Of a stretch of DNA of 64,000 nucleotides, positions 24,723 through 38,323 are shown in pieces. The first letter of the stretch is position 1. Every line of letters begins with the position of its first letter. The notes below the pieces were generated by a model. It was not told the origin of the DNA and did not search any database. It saw only the letters and a list, made by a program, of their open reading frames with translations. The translations under genes and the position numbers were made by a program. This stretch comes from Octopus sinensis (taxonomy: Eukaryota): NCBI RefSeq assembly GCF_006345805.1, contig NC_042999.1, forward strand, positions 23,126,001 through 23,190,000. The letters run 5' to 3'.

Positions 24723-24816
24723 CTTTACAAGAAAAAAGAAAGAAGAATTTGAAAAATTAGATTCAAAGAAGAACATTTTTTTTTTTAAAAGTTAATGTAA
24801 AATAATAAAATTCTTG

Positions 24817-25072
24817 TGGAGGCGCGTGGCTTAGTGGTTAGGGTGTCAGCATCATGATCGTAAGATTGTGGTTTCGATTCCTGGACCGGGCGATGCGTTG
24901 TGTTCTTGAGCAAAACACTTCATTTCACATTACTCCAGTCCACTCAGCTGGCAAAAATGAGTAACGCTGCAATGGACTGGCGTCCTGTCCAGCTGGGGAA
25001 CACATACGCCATTGAAACCGGGAAACTGGGCCCATGAACCTGGCTAGGCTTTAAAAGTGCGCATTTATTTAT
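24817..25072 (+). mobile_element. tRNA-derived SINE family C; also 16115-16370(+), 40916-41190(+), 38690-38880(-)
   Basis: GTGGAGGCGCGTGGCTTAGTGGTTAGGG (A box), TTCGATTCC (B box), shared body and TTTATTT end. Confidence 0.85.
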
Positions 25073-25756
25073 TCATTAATAAAATTCTTAAGAAAATTCT
25101 TTTCTTGTTCAGGTATATTTGTGTGGTTTAAGAAGCTTGCTTTGTAAGAATGTGGTTTGGGTTCAGTCCTATTATGTGGCACCATGGGCAAGTATCTTCT
25201 TCTGTAGTATTGGGTCAACCAATATCATGTGACTGAATTTAGTACATGAAAACTGGGTGGAGGCCAGAACATACATACATGCATATATATATATATTTAT
25301 TGGGTTGGTACATAATTATTGTGGCTTCTTTTTTCAACATGTGCTTACCAACCGCATGGTTCCAAGTCCAGTCCCACTGCATGGCACCTTGGGCAAGTGT
25401 CTTCTACTATAGTCTCGGGCCGACCAAAGCCTTGCGAGTGGATTTGATAGACAGAAACTGAAAGAATCCCGTCGTATATATATATGTGTATGTATATGTT
25501 TGTGTGTCTGTGTTCGTCCCCCTAACATCGCTTGACAACCGATGCTAGTGTGTTTACGTCTCTGTAACTTAGCGGTTCGGCAAAAATGCTCGATTGAATA
25601 AGTACTAGGCTTACAAAGAATAAGTCCTGGGGTCGATTTGCTCAACTAAAGGTGGTGCTCCTGCATGGCCATAGTCAAATGACTGAAACAAGTAAATGAG
25701 TATACTAAGGTACTAAATAAGCATCTGCTTCGCTAGAAATAGGATGTAAAATTAGA

Positions 25757-25791
<35 letters not shown>

Positions 25792-27749
25792 GTATGTGTC
25801 TTTGTGTCTGTATTGGCCCCACCTATACCAAATGATAGCCACTGCTGGTTTGTTTACATCCCTGTAACTTGGTAGTTTGACAAAAGAGGAGGTAATATAA
25901 ATAAGTAAATAAAAAGTACTGAGGTTAATTTGTTCAACTAAAACCATTCAAAGCAGTACCCCAGCATGGCCACACTCCACTGACTGAAACAATTGAAAGA
26001 TAAAAGCTAAAACGTACCACTATCATTCTGCCCTAATCAGATATGTGCGGCTACCAAAATATAAGGGGCTTCTGTTTTCTCCTATAGGCATAGGAGTGGT
26101 TGTGTGGTAAGTAGCTTGCTTACGAACCATATAGTTCCAGACACACACACACACATACACAGAAGACTTTCACAAAGTTTCTGTATACCAAATTCATTCA
26201 CAAAGTATGGCTGGCCCAGGGCTGTGTTGTGAAACTGAACCTGAAACCATCTGGTTGTAAAATGAACTTCCTAACCACACCCACAGACATGTCTGTGCTT
26301 CATTCACAAATTAATTTCCTCTACTTTCCATTTATTAACATTTCGGTTAATAATGGGGTAAATATTTCTTCTGAGTCTGTAACAGACTGGAAGAGGTACT
26401 GCACACACCAAAAAGCTATATTTGTTTGTTGTAGTTATTGTTACTGTTGTTCTTGTTGTTGTTGGCATTGTTACTGTTGTTGTTATTTACTCCAATTTAA
26501 TGTAATTCATAGGAGAAAACTGACTGTAATTTGATATTACCTTCGCAGAGCATTTTGAGAACTTAGACAAACTAAATTAACGAACTTTTCGAAACTCGTT
26601 AATTTCCACCATTTCTATTAGATGCTAGCTTTATACACCTGGTTTTCAAACTAACAATTCATTATATAGATTTATCAATAAAACATTGCGTTAATGATAG
26701 TCATAACAAAAATGTATTCTGCAGCAATTCATTCAATAATCTTGGAAGTCTTGAAATAATTAAATGAAAGTCTAATTGGAAGAATATTAAGATGCTAAGC
26801 TTTGTCACTATATTAAATTAAGATTTACAACAGAATTTTCAGTCTTATAACTGAATTTAAACATATAAATTTGATTTGCTGCTGAATTATATGAAAAGTA
26901 AATTTTGATATTCACACCTCTATATTTTAGGCAAGAAGCCATCTAAGCTTTGTAGGAGATTTGGTGAGTAACATCAACTCTGGGTGTTTGGCTACTACTT
27001 TGTTTTATTGAACCTGCTCCCAACGCCAGAAGGAAAAGTCTACCATAGCAAGACTTGTTTCAGAACATTGATTTCAAATTTTGACACAGGCCAGCAATTT
27101 CGGCGGGAGGGGGATAAGTCAATTACATCAAACCCCAGTATTTGACCGGTATTTATTTTATTGATTCTGAAAGGCTGAAAGGCATAGTTGGCCTTGGCGG
27201 AATTTGAACTCAGGACATAAAGACAGGTGTAACACACACTAAGCGTTTTGTCCGGTGTGCTAGTGATTCTGCTGACCTTCAATATTAAAAGATATAAGCG
27301 AATACCGCAAGGGACAGGCATGGTTGTGTCTTCAAAAAATTTGCTTTGCAACAAGCAATTCTAAGCTCAATGCTGTTGCATAGTAACATCAGCAAATACC
27401 TTCTACTTAACCTCAAATTGACCAGTACCCTGTGAGTGGAATACATATATATATATCATCATCATCGTTTAGTGTCCGCTTTCCATGCTAGCATGGGTTG
27501 GGTGGTTCAACTGGGGTCTGGGAAGCCAGAAGGCTGCACCAGGCCCAGTCTGATTTGGCAATGTTTCTACGGCTGGATGCCCTTCCTAACGCCAGCCACT
27601 CCGAGAGTGTAGTGGGTGCTTTTTACGTGCCACTGGCACAGATGCCAGTCAAGGCTGGCAAACGGCCACGATCGGATGGTGCTTTTTACATGCCACATGC
27701 ACGGAGGCCAGGCGAGGCTGATATATATATATATATACACACATATATA

Positions 27750-28347
27750 TATATTACATACATATAAGAGGGATGACCGCTAAGTGGATATCCATATGCT
27801 AGAAGTCAACCCCCTATGGTCTTACCACTAAGAAAAGAATGTTCTCAAGGAAATTTAGCAAACACCAGAACATTATTTAAAATAATAATATTTTGGCATG
27901 CCAAAATACTATTATTTTAAATTTAAATTTAAATAACTATGTTCCCTAATTGATAAAATTCACTGCAGAGAATTATTTTCTACAGAATTATTCCTGGTAT
28001 TTTAGCGCGCCAAAACGAAGACTTTTGAAATATAACCCCAAATGTAATTGGTAGAACTATATACATATTCGATCTCATGCAGACATCCCATGTATAGTTC
28101 TGCAAATTATATTTTGCTATGACGATCACACGTTGTTACCACTTACGTAAGTGGTAACAATGAAACTGGTTTGTGATTAATATGTGTATTTTGTATCTTT
28201 TCATTTGTCTTGCTTGCTTATGATCTGGCGTTTGCTAAATTTTCTTGAGAACATTCCTTTCTTAATGGTAAGACTATAGGGGGGGGTCGACTTCTAGCAT
28301 AATGGATGTCCACTTAATGGTCATCCCTCTTATATGTATGTAATATA
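27750..28347. mobile_element. Fold-back DNA element with about 120-bp TIRs
   Basis: Left arm TATATTACATACATATAAGAGGGATGACC...CACCAGA (to about 27869) mirrors the right arm TCTGGCG...CATCCCTCTTATATGTATGTAATATA (from about 28224). Confidence 0.85.
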
Positions 28348-29309
28348 ATTTTTCTGAATCTTCAGATTTTTCTATATGCTAGACCACTGGTTTTAAATTG
28401 ATATTAATCAAATTAATATTGATTAATAATGGGGTAAATATTTCTTCTGAGTCTGTAACAGAATGGAAGAGCCATATTTGTTTGTCGTAGTTATTGTTGC
28501 TATTGTTGTTGGCATTGTTGATGTAGTTGTTACTTACTCTAATTTAATGTAATTAATAAGTTTTAAAAATTGTACAAAAATCAAAAAACAAAAGAAAGAA
28601 AACAATAAAGAAACGAAAACATCATGTCTGGTTTAATGGTTTCACATGCACACGCGAGTGTGTGTGTGTAGGTAAGAAGTTTGCTTTCCAACCATTTGAT
28701 TCCAGATCCCTTTGACTGACACCTTGGGTAAATGTATTCTACTATAGCCCAAGGCTGACCAAAGCGCTGTGAATAGATTTGGTAGGGAGAATCTGAAACA
28801 AGCCTGTAATTTATACAAATATGTGTATGTATGTATGTATGTATGTTTGTATGTATATGCGTGAGTGTGTGCAGGTTCATATCTCCTTGTTGTGACATCA
28901 CGTGATAGTTGTAAATGAGTGTCCCTGTCATACAAGCAGTGTCATTTGGTTCCATTATCCTGTGAAAACATGTCTGTCAATGGGGAAATATTAACTTCTT
29001 TAAAAACAGGTGAGAGTTGGTGACAGGAAGGGCAGCTGGCCATAGGAAATCTGCATTGATGAATTTCGTCCAACCCATTCCAGCAGGTAAAAGATGGATT
29101 CTTTTATTCTTTTATTTGTTTCAGTCATTTGACTGCGGCCATGCTGGAGCACCACCTTTAGTCGAGCAAATCAACCCCAGGTCTTATTCTTTGTAAGCCT
29201 AGTACTTATTCTATCAGTCTCTTTTTTGCTGAACCACTAAATTACGGGGACGTAAACACACCAGTATTGGTTGTCAAGCAATGTTGGGGGGACAAACACA
29301 GACACACAA

Positions 29310-29340
<31 letters not shown>

Positions 29341-29830
29341 TGCACACATATATATATGACGGGCTTCTTTCAGTTTCTGTCTACCAAATCCACTCACAAG
29401 GCTTTGATCGGCCCGAGGCTATAGTAGAAGACACTTGCCCAAGGTGCCATCCAGTGGGACTGAACCAAGCAAGCTACTTACCACACAGCCACTCCTGCAC
29501 CTATGAAAAGTGTACAGCAGGGTTCACCCCCACCCCTGCTGGAGCCTTGTGGAGCTTTAGGTGTTTTCGCTCAATAAACATTCACAACGCCCAGTCTGGG
29601 AATCGAAACCGCAATCCTACGACCGTGAGTCCGCTGCTCTAACCAATGGGCCATTGCGCATCCACAAAGATATTTTACTAAATTCCTCCTTATTTCCAAA
29701 ATTAAGAGAAACAATGGCAGCATATTGCACAGAGAGTTAAAATAAACAAAAAATAATTGGATGGAAAGCAACAACAATAATTATAATTTTATTTCTTAAT
29801 CAAAAAGAAATGTTTTAAAATAAACCTTAC

Positions 29831-29937
29831 CTTTGCAGTGGTGTCAGCAGATCCTGTCAGTATGAACTTCTCGTCAGGAGAATAACGAATGGAACATATG
29901 CTTTTAGTGTGCATCTGGTATTCATGGAGTTTCTCAC
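29831..29937 (-). CDS. TEP1: TEP1-like exon (G)EKLHEYQMHTKSICSIRYSPDEKFILTGSADTTAK, phase 1->0
   Basis: Acceptor AAACAAG (weak), donor GTAAGG, 107 nt, phase matches both neighbours. Confidence 0.88.
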
Positions 29938-30893
29938 CTTGTTTAATAGGTAACAGTAACGAGTAAGAAGATCATCATCATCATCATCATAAACAACAAT
30001 CAATAATAATAATAACAACAGCAACAATTCTTTCTACAAGGCACAAGGCCTGAAATTTCAAAGGAAGGGCTAATTGACCCCAGGGCTCAACTGGTACTTA
30101 TTTTATTGACGCCCAAATGATGAAAGGCAAAGTCAACCACAGCAGCATTTGAACACAGAACATCTTGATATGAGATAACCATATCGCACACATGCAGTTG
30201 TGATGCATGTGCCTGGTGTACCCTTATCAGACAGGTAGTCATGATGGGTATATTGAGTTTCATATATTTGCACCCTAGTTTTTACTGTGATGGCATACAC
30301 TGCTCTCACTCAATAATAATAATAATAATAATAATCATCATCATTGTTTAACATCTGCTTTCCATGCTAGCATGGGTTGGACGATTTGACTGAGGACTGT
30401 CAAACCAGATGGCTGCACCAGGCTCCAATCTTGATCTGGCAAAGTTTCTACAGCTGGATGCTCTTCCTAACGCAGAGAGTGTAGTGGGTGCTTTTACATG
30501 CCACCGGCATGGGGGCTAGTATTTTATTTAATTAATCTCTTTAATCCTCTTGATACCAACTTACCTGAAATTGCCCCTGGTTCTACAATACAAACTTCTT
30601 GTTCTAAAGAGATCTAAATTAAAACTATCCATCAGAATTTCATGTTTCATGTTCTAAACACCAACCTAATAAGGACAAAGTTATTTTATGAAATTCCTCC
30701 TTATTTTCAAAATTAATTGAAGCAAAGGCACAGGAGTGGCTGTGTGGTAAGTAGCTTGCTTACCAACTACATGGTTCTGGGTTCAGTCCCACTGCGTTGC
30801 ACCTGGGGCAAGTGTCTTCTACTATAGCCTTGGGCCGACCTAAGCCTTGTGAGTGGATTTGGTAGACGGAAACTGAAAGAAGCCCATCGTATA

Positions 30894-30933
<40 letters not shown>

Positions 30934-31960
30934 CGTGTGTGTATATGTTTGTGTGTCTGTGTTTGTCACCACAACATCGCTTGACAACCGATGCTGGTGT
31001 GTTTATGTCACTGTAACTTAGCGGTTCGGCAATAGAGACTGATAGAATAAGTACTGGGCTTACAAAGAATAAGTCCCGGGGTCGATTTGCTCGACTAAAG
31101 GCAGTGCTCCAGCATGGCCACAGTCAAATGACTGAAACAAGTAAAAGAGTAAAAGAGTAAAGGTAGAATATCTCAATAGAAATATGAGAGCAAAGGGGTT
31201 AAATACAGTTTGTCACAAGTAATTAACTATAAATCTCAACATAGGCGCAGGAGTGGCTGTGTGGTAAGTAGCTTGCTAATCAACCACATGGTTCCGGGTT
31301 CAGTCCCACTGCATGGCGTCTTGGGCAAGTGTCTTCTGCTATAGCCTCGGGCCGACCAATGCCTTGTGAGAGGATTTGGTAGATGGAAACTGAAAGAAGC
31401 CCGTCGTATATGTATATATATGTGTGTTTGTATGTGTTTGTGTGTCTGTCCCTCTAGCATTGCTTGACAACCGATGCTGGTGTGTTTACGTCCCCGTCAC
31501 TTTGCGGTTCGGCAAAAGAGACCGATAGAATAAGTACTGGGCTTACAAAGAATAAGTCCCGGAGTCGATTTGCTCGATTAAAGGCGGTGCTCCAGCATGG
31601 CCACAGTCAAATGACTGAAACAAGTAAAAGAGTAAAGAGTATTTAACCCTTTAGAATTCAGATTACTCTGCGAAACATATTGCTTATGTAGTCACATTGT
31701 TTTGAATTAATCATGTACTATCATGTAGCTTTGATATTTCAACATGATCCTATATTTTTAGGATGACATTGTAGGCTGGGTGTGAGAGGTTAGATCTGGC
31801 CACTTTGAACATAAAATAGTTAAAATTTTGGGGCTGGATATGACAAATTTAAATGCCAAAGGGTTAATTATTTATGGATTTTCCATGGGTACACAACCCT
31901 ACAGGAATATTTGTGAAAAAACGAAAATGTAAAGAAAGATATAAAATAGAAAAACCTCAC

Positions 31961-32108
31961 CTGTTCTAATATTAAATATTCTGACTTTTCCACTGTGGTA
32001 ACCAACGGCAATGTTTGTCACAGATGGTGAGATTGACACACAAGTTGCAGCATCATCATCTTTTCCTTTTAGTTTGTGGATCAACTTGCCAAGATAACTT
32101 GACCATAC
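31961..32108 (-). CDS. TEP1: TEP1-like exon VWSSYLGKLIHKLKGKDDDAATCVSISPSVTNIAVGYHSGKVRIFNIRT(G), phase 0->1
   Basis: Acceptor GTTTATTTAG, donor GTGAGG, 148 nt. Matches recalled human VWSGSLG...VALSPDGDRVAVGYRADGIRIYKISSG. Confidence 0.92.
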
Positions 32109-32955
32109 CTAATAAACATTACAGAAATAAATATTCACAGTATTAGATTTTTTTTTTTTTTGAGCTGATATTATTTAACAAACACATCGTAACTGCTGAG
32201 TAACATCATCGTCGTCATCGTTGAACATCTGCCTTCCATGCTAGCATGGATTATCATCATCATCATTGTTTAATGTCCCTTTTCCGTGCTAACATGGGTT
32301 GGACGGTTCAACTGGGACCTGGGAAGCTAGGAGGCTGCACCAGGCTCCAGTCTGATCTGGCAGTGTTTCTACAGCTGGATGCCCTTCCTAACGCCAACCA
32401 CTCTGTGAGTGTAGTGGGTGCTTTTTACATGCCACCGGCACAGGTGCCAGGGGAGGCTGGCAGTGGCCATGATCGGTTGGTGCTTTTTACATGCCACCAG
32501 CACAGGATTATGCGATCATATTTGGATATAAGAGTGTGGAAATTTGATAGAGTACTGGCTGAGTTGTATAAAGTAACTGAGACATTTGAGGTGTTATATT
32601 TTGACATCTATCACTAGCACTGTATTGTGTCTGTGGTTAACAGGTTTAAATTAAAAATGACCCTATGTGAAAAAGAAACTCCATCTCAGGCAAGTGTTTT
32701 GGCCCTTAATTTCTCGCACTCAAAGGGGAGCAGCATGGACAACAAATTTTAAATGACGAGTAGTAGTAGTGGTGATGGTGGTAGTGGTGGTGGTGGTGAT
32801 GGTAGTGGTAGTAGTAGGAGGAGGAGGAGGAAATGGTGTCTTAGAAATAGGGTTGATGAAATAAATACTAGTTTAGCAAAGGGGTTGATGTTATCAACTG
32901 CTTTATTCCATCAAAATTGCTGGCATGGTACTAAAATTTGAAACTGTTGTTGTTG

Positions 32956-32994
<39 letters not shown>

Positions 32995-34326
32995 TTATTA
33001 TCATTATTATTATTATTATATTATTATTATTATTATTATTATTATTAAGATAGTGAGCTGGCAAAATCATTAGCACACCGGGCAAAATGCTTAGTGGTAT
33101 TTTGCCCATCTACACATTCTGAGTTCGATTTCTGCCAAGGTCGACTTTGCCTTTTATCCTTTCAGGGTCGATAAATTACATACCAGCTGAGTACTGAGGT
33201 CGATGTAATTGATTTCCCCCTCCCCTAAATTTCAGGCCTTGTGCCTAGAGTAGAAAGGATTATAATAATAATAATAATGATAATAATAATAATTATTATT
33301 ATTATTATTAAAGTCAAAATTAAAAGAAGAGTGCCATTGTTATCTAGTGAATGGTATTTCGACATCTTGTGTGTCTTCAAATGATTCAAAAAATAATTGA
33401 CAAAATTATTAATTATTTTTTGAACCAGCTGAAGATACACAAGATGTCGAAATATTGTTCACTATATTAATTATTATTACTATTATTATTACTATTATCT
33501 TTATTATTATTATTGTTATTATTATTATTATTATTACGGTTGCATACTTCATGACCTCTTGCACAGCCACCAAAACTAGTGACACGAAGTGGGGGGGGAG
33601 CAGAGAAGGAAGAAACTACAAGACATGAGCTGCTACAACTACTTACACAACCACTCTTAATATTGAACAGAGTGCTGTGTGTGTGGTTCTTCTTAATGCA
33701 TGTAAAATACAAGCCACTGTAGACTATAATGCTTAATGTAGCTATTATATAAGGCAATATAGACACACTGCTATAAGTGTGTAATTAAAAGCAAATATTT
33801 GCTAATAACCAAAATCATGCAACACAGAACAAAAGCTTTCGATACTTTGAACATTCACTCAATACTTTATACACAACTAATGACTGCATTACAAAGAGAT
33901 CAATGTAAATATAAACAATACTCTTTTACATACTCTTTTAGTCTTTTACTTGTTTCTGTCATTTGGCTGTGGCCATGCTGGAGCACCGCCTTTAGTTGAG
34001 CAAATCGACCCCCAGGACTTATTCTTTGTAAGCTTAGTACTTATTCTATCAGTCTCTTTTGCCGAACCGCTAAATTATGGGGACGTAAACACACCAGCAT
34101 CACTTGAAGAGTTTCAACTGATAAAATTCAATTTATTTACGTATTGTCAAAATCTCTGTAACGTACAATTTGCTTCCATACTTAACTCAATCAATTACAA
34201 ATTAATAAATTAAAACTTAAAAACTGCATCATGAAATACTGTTCTATGTTTTAGAGATGAAGAATTCTGTACATTATTTACATTATTTACATTGGACGGA
34301 TATGAATCCTCATCTTTTTTGTTGTT

Positions 34327-34372
34327 ATCACAACATTTCAGCTGATTTACCCTCCAGCCTTCATCAGGTGTC
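34327..34372 (-). ncRNA. Minimal type I hammerhead ribozyme motif in a Penelope-like pLTR fragment (about 34269-34430)
   Basis: Minus strand GACAC-CTGATGA-AGGCTG-GAGGGTAAAT-CAGCT-GAAA-TGTT-GTGAT: intact core, loopless helix III, imperfect helix I. Confidence 0.55.
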
Positions 34373-35243
34373 CTGATAGAATTTTGAACCCAACCCTGGG
34401 TTCTCATTCCCAAGGTATTTTGTAACTGATGTTATTATTCAGCCTCGTCTGGCACCTGTGTCGGTGGCACATAAAATCACCCACTACACTCTCGGAGTGG
34501 TTGGCGTTAGGAAGGGCATCCAGCTGTAGAAACACTGCCATATCTGACTGGCCTGGTGCAGCCTTCGGGCTTGCCAGACCCCAGTTGAACCGTCCAACCC
34601 ATGCTAGCATGGAAAGCGGACGTTAAACGATGATGATGATGATGATGATTATTATTATTATTATTATTATTTATTCAAGGCACTGCCAGGAATTGAACTC
34701 GCAATCTTGGTGAAGGCTGCAGAGTAAATCAGCCAAACCATTGTGGTAACAACAAACAAGATGAGGACACATATCCATCCAATGTAAATAATGTAAATAA
34801 TGTGCATCTGGAAATATCGAGTTAAATATTTCCTCAGGGTGAGAATTAGACAAATATAAAAATCACATCATAAACAAACATATACACCCAAAGAGTTTCA
34901 AAAGTGGACAAATTTTTTCTACTATAGCCCCAGGCCAACCAATGACCTGTAAGTGAATTTGGTAGAAGGAAACTGTGCGAAATCCTTTCATATGCATGTG
35001 CATCTTTATGCTTGTGCTTGTCCAGCACAACCACTTGACAACTGGGCTTGGTTTGTTTACATCCTCATTATTAAGCAGCTCAGTAAAAGAGACTCACAGA
35101 GAAGGTACAAGGGTCGAAAAAAGTAAGTGGGGTCAATTTACTTGATTAAACTCTTTAAGGTGTTGCTACAGTATGGCCACAATCCAATGAGTGAAACATG
35201 TAAAAGATAAAATAAAAGAAAGATTAATACTTAAATAACTTAC

Positions 35244-35342
35244 TTTCACTTTGCCATCTTCACTGACAGTTACCATTTCTCTTCCATTTGAGGTGTAAGC
35301 GATAGCATTGACTGGCCCCGTATGTCCCATAATGCTTCCAAC
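35244..35342 (-). CDS. TEP1: TEP1-like exon VGSIMGHTGPVNAIAYTSNGREMVTVSEDGKVK, phase 0->0
   Basis: Acceptor CACCTTTCAG, donor GTAAGT, 99 nt. Ends EDGKVK like recalled human TAGEDGKVQ. Confidence 0.9.
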
Positions 35343-36550
35343 CTGAAAGGTGAAACAATAAGTAAAATATATTTAATATTAATTTTTGGTTTTGTACTAT
35401 TATGCAGCTACGAATTTGAAATCGAATCAAATTCGACGACTGGCACCCATGCCAACCTTCCTTCATTGGACACTAAACTCTGCTTGCGAAGACCTGTTGG
35501 GGCAAGTGAAATTGGAATTGAACCAAATTCGATGAATGGTACCTGTGCCAGTGGAGCGCTAACAGCTCCATCCGAGCGTGATTACTGCCAGAGTAGTTGT
35601 CTGGACCCGTGCCAGTGGCACATAAAAATCACCCACTACTCTCTCGGAGTGGTTGGCGTTACGAAGGGCAACCAGCTGTAGAAACACTGCCAGATCAGAC
35701 TGGGGCCTGGTGCAGCCTCCTGGCTTCCCAGACCACAGTCGAACCGTCCAACCCATGCCAGCATGGAAAATGGACGTTAAACGATGATGATGATGATGAT
35801 GATATATATATACAGACACACATATACAGTGGAGGCACATGGCCTAGTGGTTAGAGCAGTGGACTCGCAGTAGAGGGATCGCGGGTTCGAATCTCAGACC
35901 GGGCAATGTGTGTGTTAATGAGCGAAACACCTAAGCTCTAAGCGGCTCTGGCAGAAGGTAATGGCAAACTTCTGCTGACTCTTTCACCACAACTTTCTCT
36001 CACTCTTTCCTCCTGCATCTTGCAGCTCACCTGTGACGGACCAGCGTCCTGTCCAGGTGGGGAACCTATACACCAAGGAAACCAGGAAACTGGTCCTTAT
36101 GAACTAGGCATGGCTCGAGAGACACACATATATTCCATATGGACATACACATACACACACAAATGAGAATCACCATCATAAAAGCAATGTTGGTTGTTCG
36201 TTTCCGATCTTCCATAAAAATATTTTTATATATCACATCGTCCAATTAATACCTTCGCCCACCTTAATCTTTCCACTCCAGTCCTACCTCCAATCAACTG
36301 ATTATTGCAATCTCATTTCATTCCAACCTACTGCCATCGTTTTCAAAAGACAGCACCATTCTTGCTGGTGGTGGGGGTAGGTGTGACATGGCGTCAGGGG
36401 TGTGGTGAGGGTGGGGCGAGAATTATAGAAAGGAATCACACTATATAGCGCATCTTGCATTTTGAATAATTAAAAATTAAGAGTAATTCGTTATCATGCA
36501 TTCTCTCCACCACCACCACCCACCATCGACTCTCTCCCTCCCTCCCTCTA

Positions 36551-36583
<33 letters not shown>

Positions 36584-36829
36584 ATCTCTGTTAGGTTGAT
36601 TTTTTTTGTGTGTGTGTGTGTGTTTTTGTTGCAATTTTGTTTTTGTCACATGGCTCATTAACATTGTTCTGCCACTGCTGGAAAGATTCTCAAGAAAATT
36701 AATAAGCAACGAGAGAACATTGTTACAAATAATTAAAGCAATTGTGTTTTGTTTCTGTTAATTTTTTTTTTTTTCAAATCTCTGAATGTAAAATTATAAA
36801 GATTGAGGCAAGCCTGATTACAATGCAAC

Positions 36830-37780
36830 AGGAGTGGTGGTGGTGGTGGTGATGGTGGTGGTGGTGGTTGTGTTGGTGATGGTGATGGTGTTGGTGGTGG
36901 TGTTGGTACTGTTGTTGGTATTGGTTGTCATAGTGATGATTGTGATGGTGGCAGTAGACCTGATGGTGCTAGAGATAATAGTGCTTGTGCTATTTGGTGG
37001 TGATGGTGGTAGGTGCATGGTAGAAGTGGTGGTGATGGAGGTGAAGTTTGATTTGGCAGTGATTGTAGTGGTAGTGGTGGTCAAGATAACAGTGGTAGTC
37101 ATGGTGATGGCAATCATAATGCTGATGGTGATGACAGTGGTTAGAGATGGTGGTGGTGGTGGTTGTGATGGTTGTGGTGGTGATGGTGATGGTAGTGGTT
37201 GTGATGGTTGTGGTGGTGATGGTGATGGTAGTGGTTGTGATGGTTGTGGTGGTGGTTGTGATGGTTGTGGTTGTGGTGATGGTAGTGGTTGTGGTGGTAG
37301 TGGTGATGGTAGGGGTTGTGATGGTTGTGGTTGTGGTGATGGTAGTGGTGGTGATGGTGGTGGTTGTGATGGTGGTGGTGGTGGTGGTTGTGGTGGTGAT
37401 AGCAACAGTATATAAGAATGGTATTGATGATAGCTGGAATAATGGTGATGAATGGGGGTGGAGTGGACATTGTGGCATAAGAACAGAAATGGTAACAGAG
37501 GAATTAATTAGTGGTAATTATGATGGGGGTGGGGGTCATAGTGGTTGTTGTATTAGTGGTAATCGTAGTAACCTGTATTGTCAGTGGTGGTGGTGGTGGT
37601 AGTGATGGCAATGGTGGCAGTGGTGGGGGTCATGGTGGTGGTGGTTGTGGCAGTGATGGGTGTGGTCATGATGGTGGTGGTCATGATGGTGGTGGTGATG
37701 GTGGTGATACTAGCAATGTTAGTGGTGGTGCTGGTATTGGCTGTAATTGTATTAATAATTGCAATGGTAATAGTGGAAGG
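36830..37780. repeat. GGT/GAT low-complexity tract; other trinucleotide tracts at 7000-7212 (AAT) and 8420-8790 (GAA/GAG)
   Basis: Directly visible. Confidence 0.95.
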
Positions 37781-38276
37781 TGGCGAGATGGTAGAATCGT
37801 TAGCACGCCGGGCGAAATGCTTAACGGTATTTTGTCTGCTGCTACGTTCTGAGTTCAAATTTCACCAAGGTTAACTTTGCCTTTCATCTTTTTGGGGTCG
37901 ATTGAATAAATACCAGTTATGCACTGGGGTCAATGTAATCGACTTAATCCATTTGTCTGTCCTTGTTTGTCCGCTCTATGTTTAGCCTCTTGTGGGTAAT
38001 AAAGAATTAAAATAGTGGTTGTAATGACAATGGCTGTGATGGTAGTAGTTGTGGTGGTGGTGGTTGTGGCAGAGGTGGTGGTCATGTTGGTAACAGTAGT
38101 TGTGATGATGATGGTATTAACTGTGCTAGTGGTGACTGTGGTGGTAGTGGTGGTGGTGATAATGAAGATGACATTCATGATGATGACAATGATGATGGTG
38201 GTGGTAGAGGTGTTGGTGATGATGATGATGAGGAGGAGGAGGAAGTTGAGGCAGATACCTTCAATTAATTGATAAA

Positions 38277-38323
<47 letters not shown>

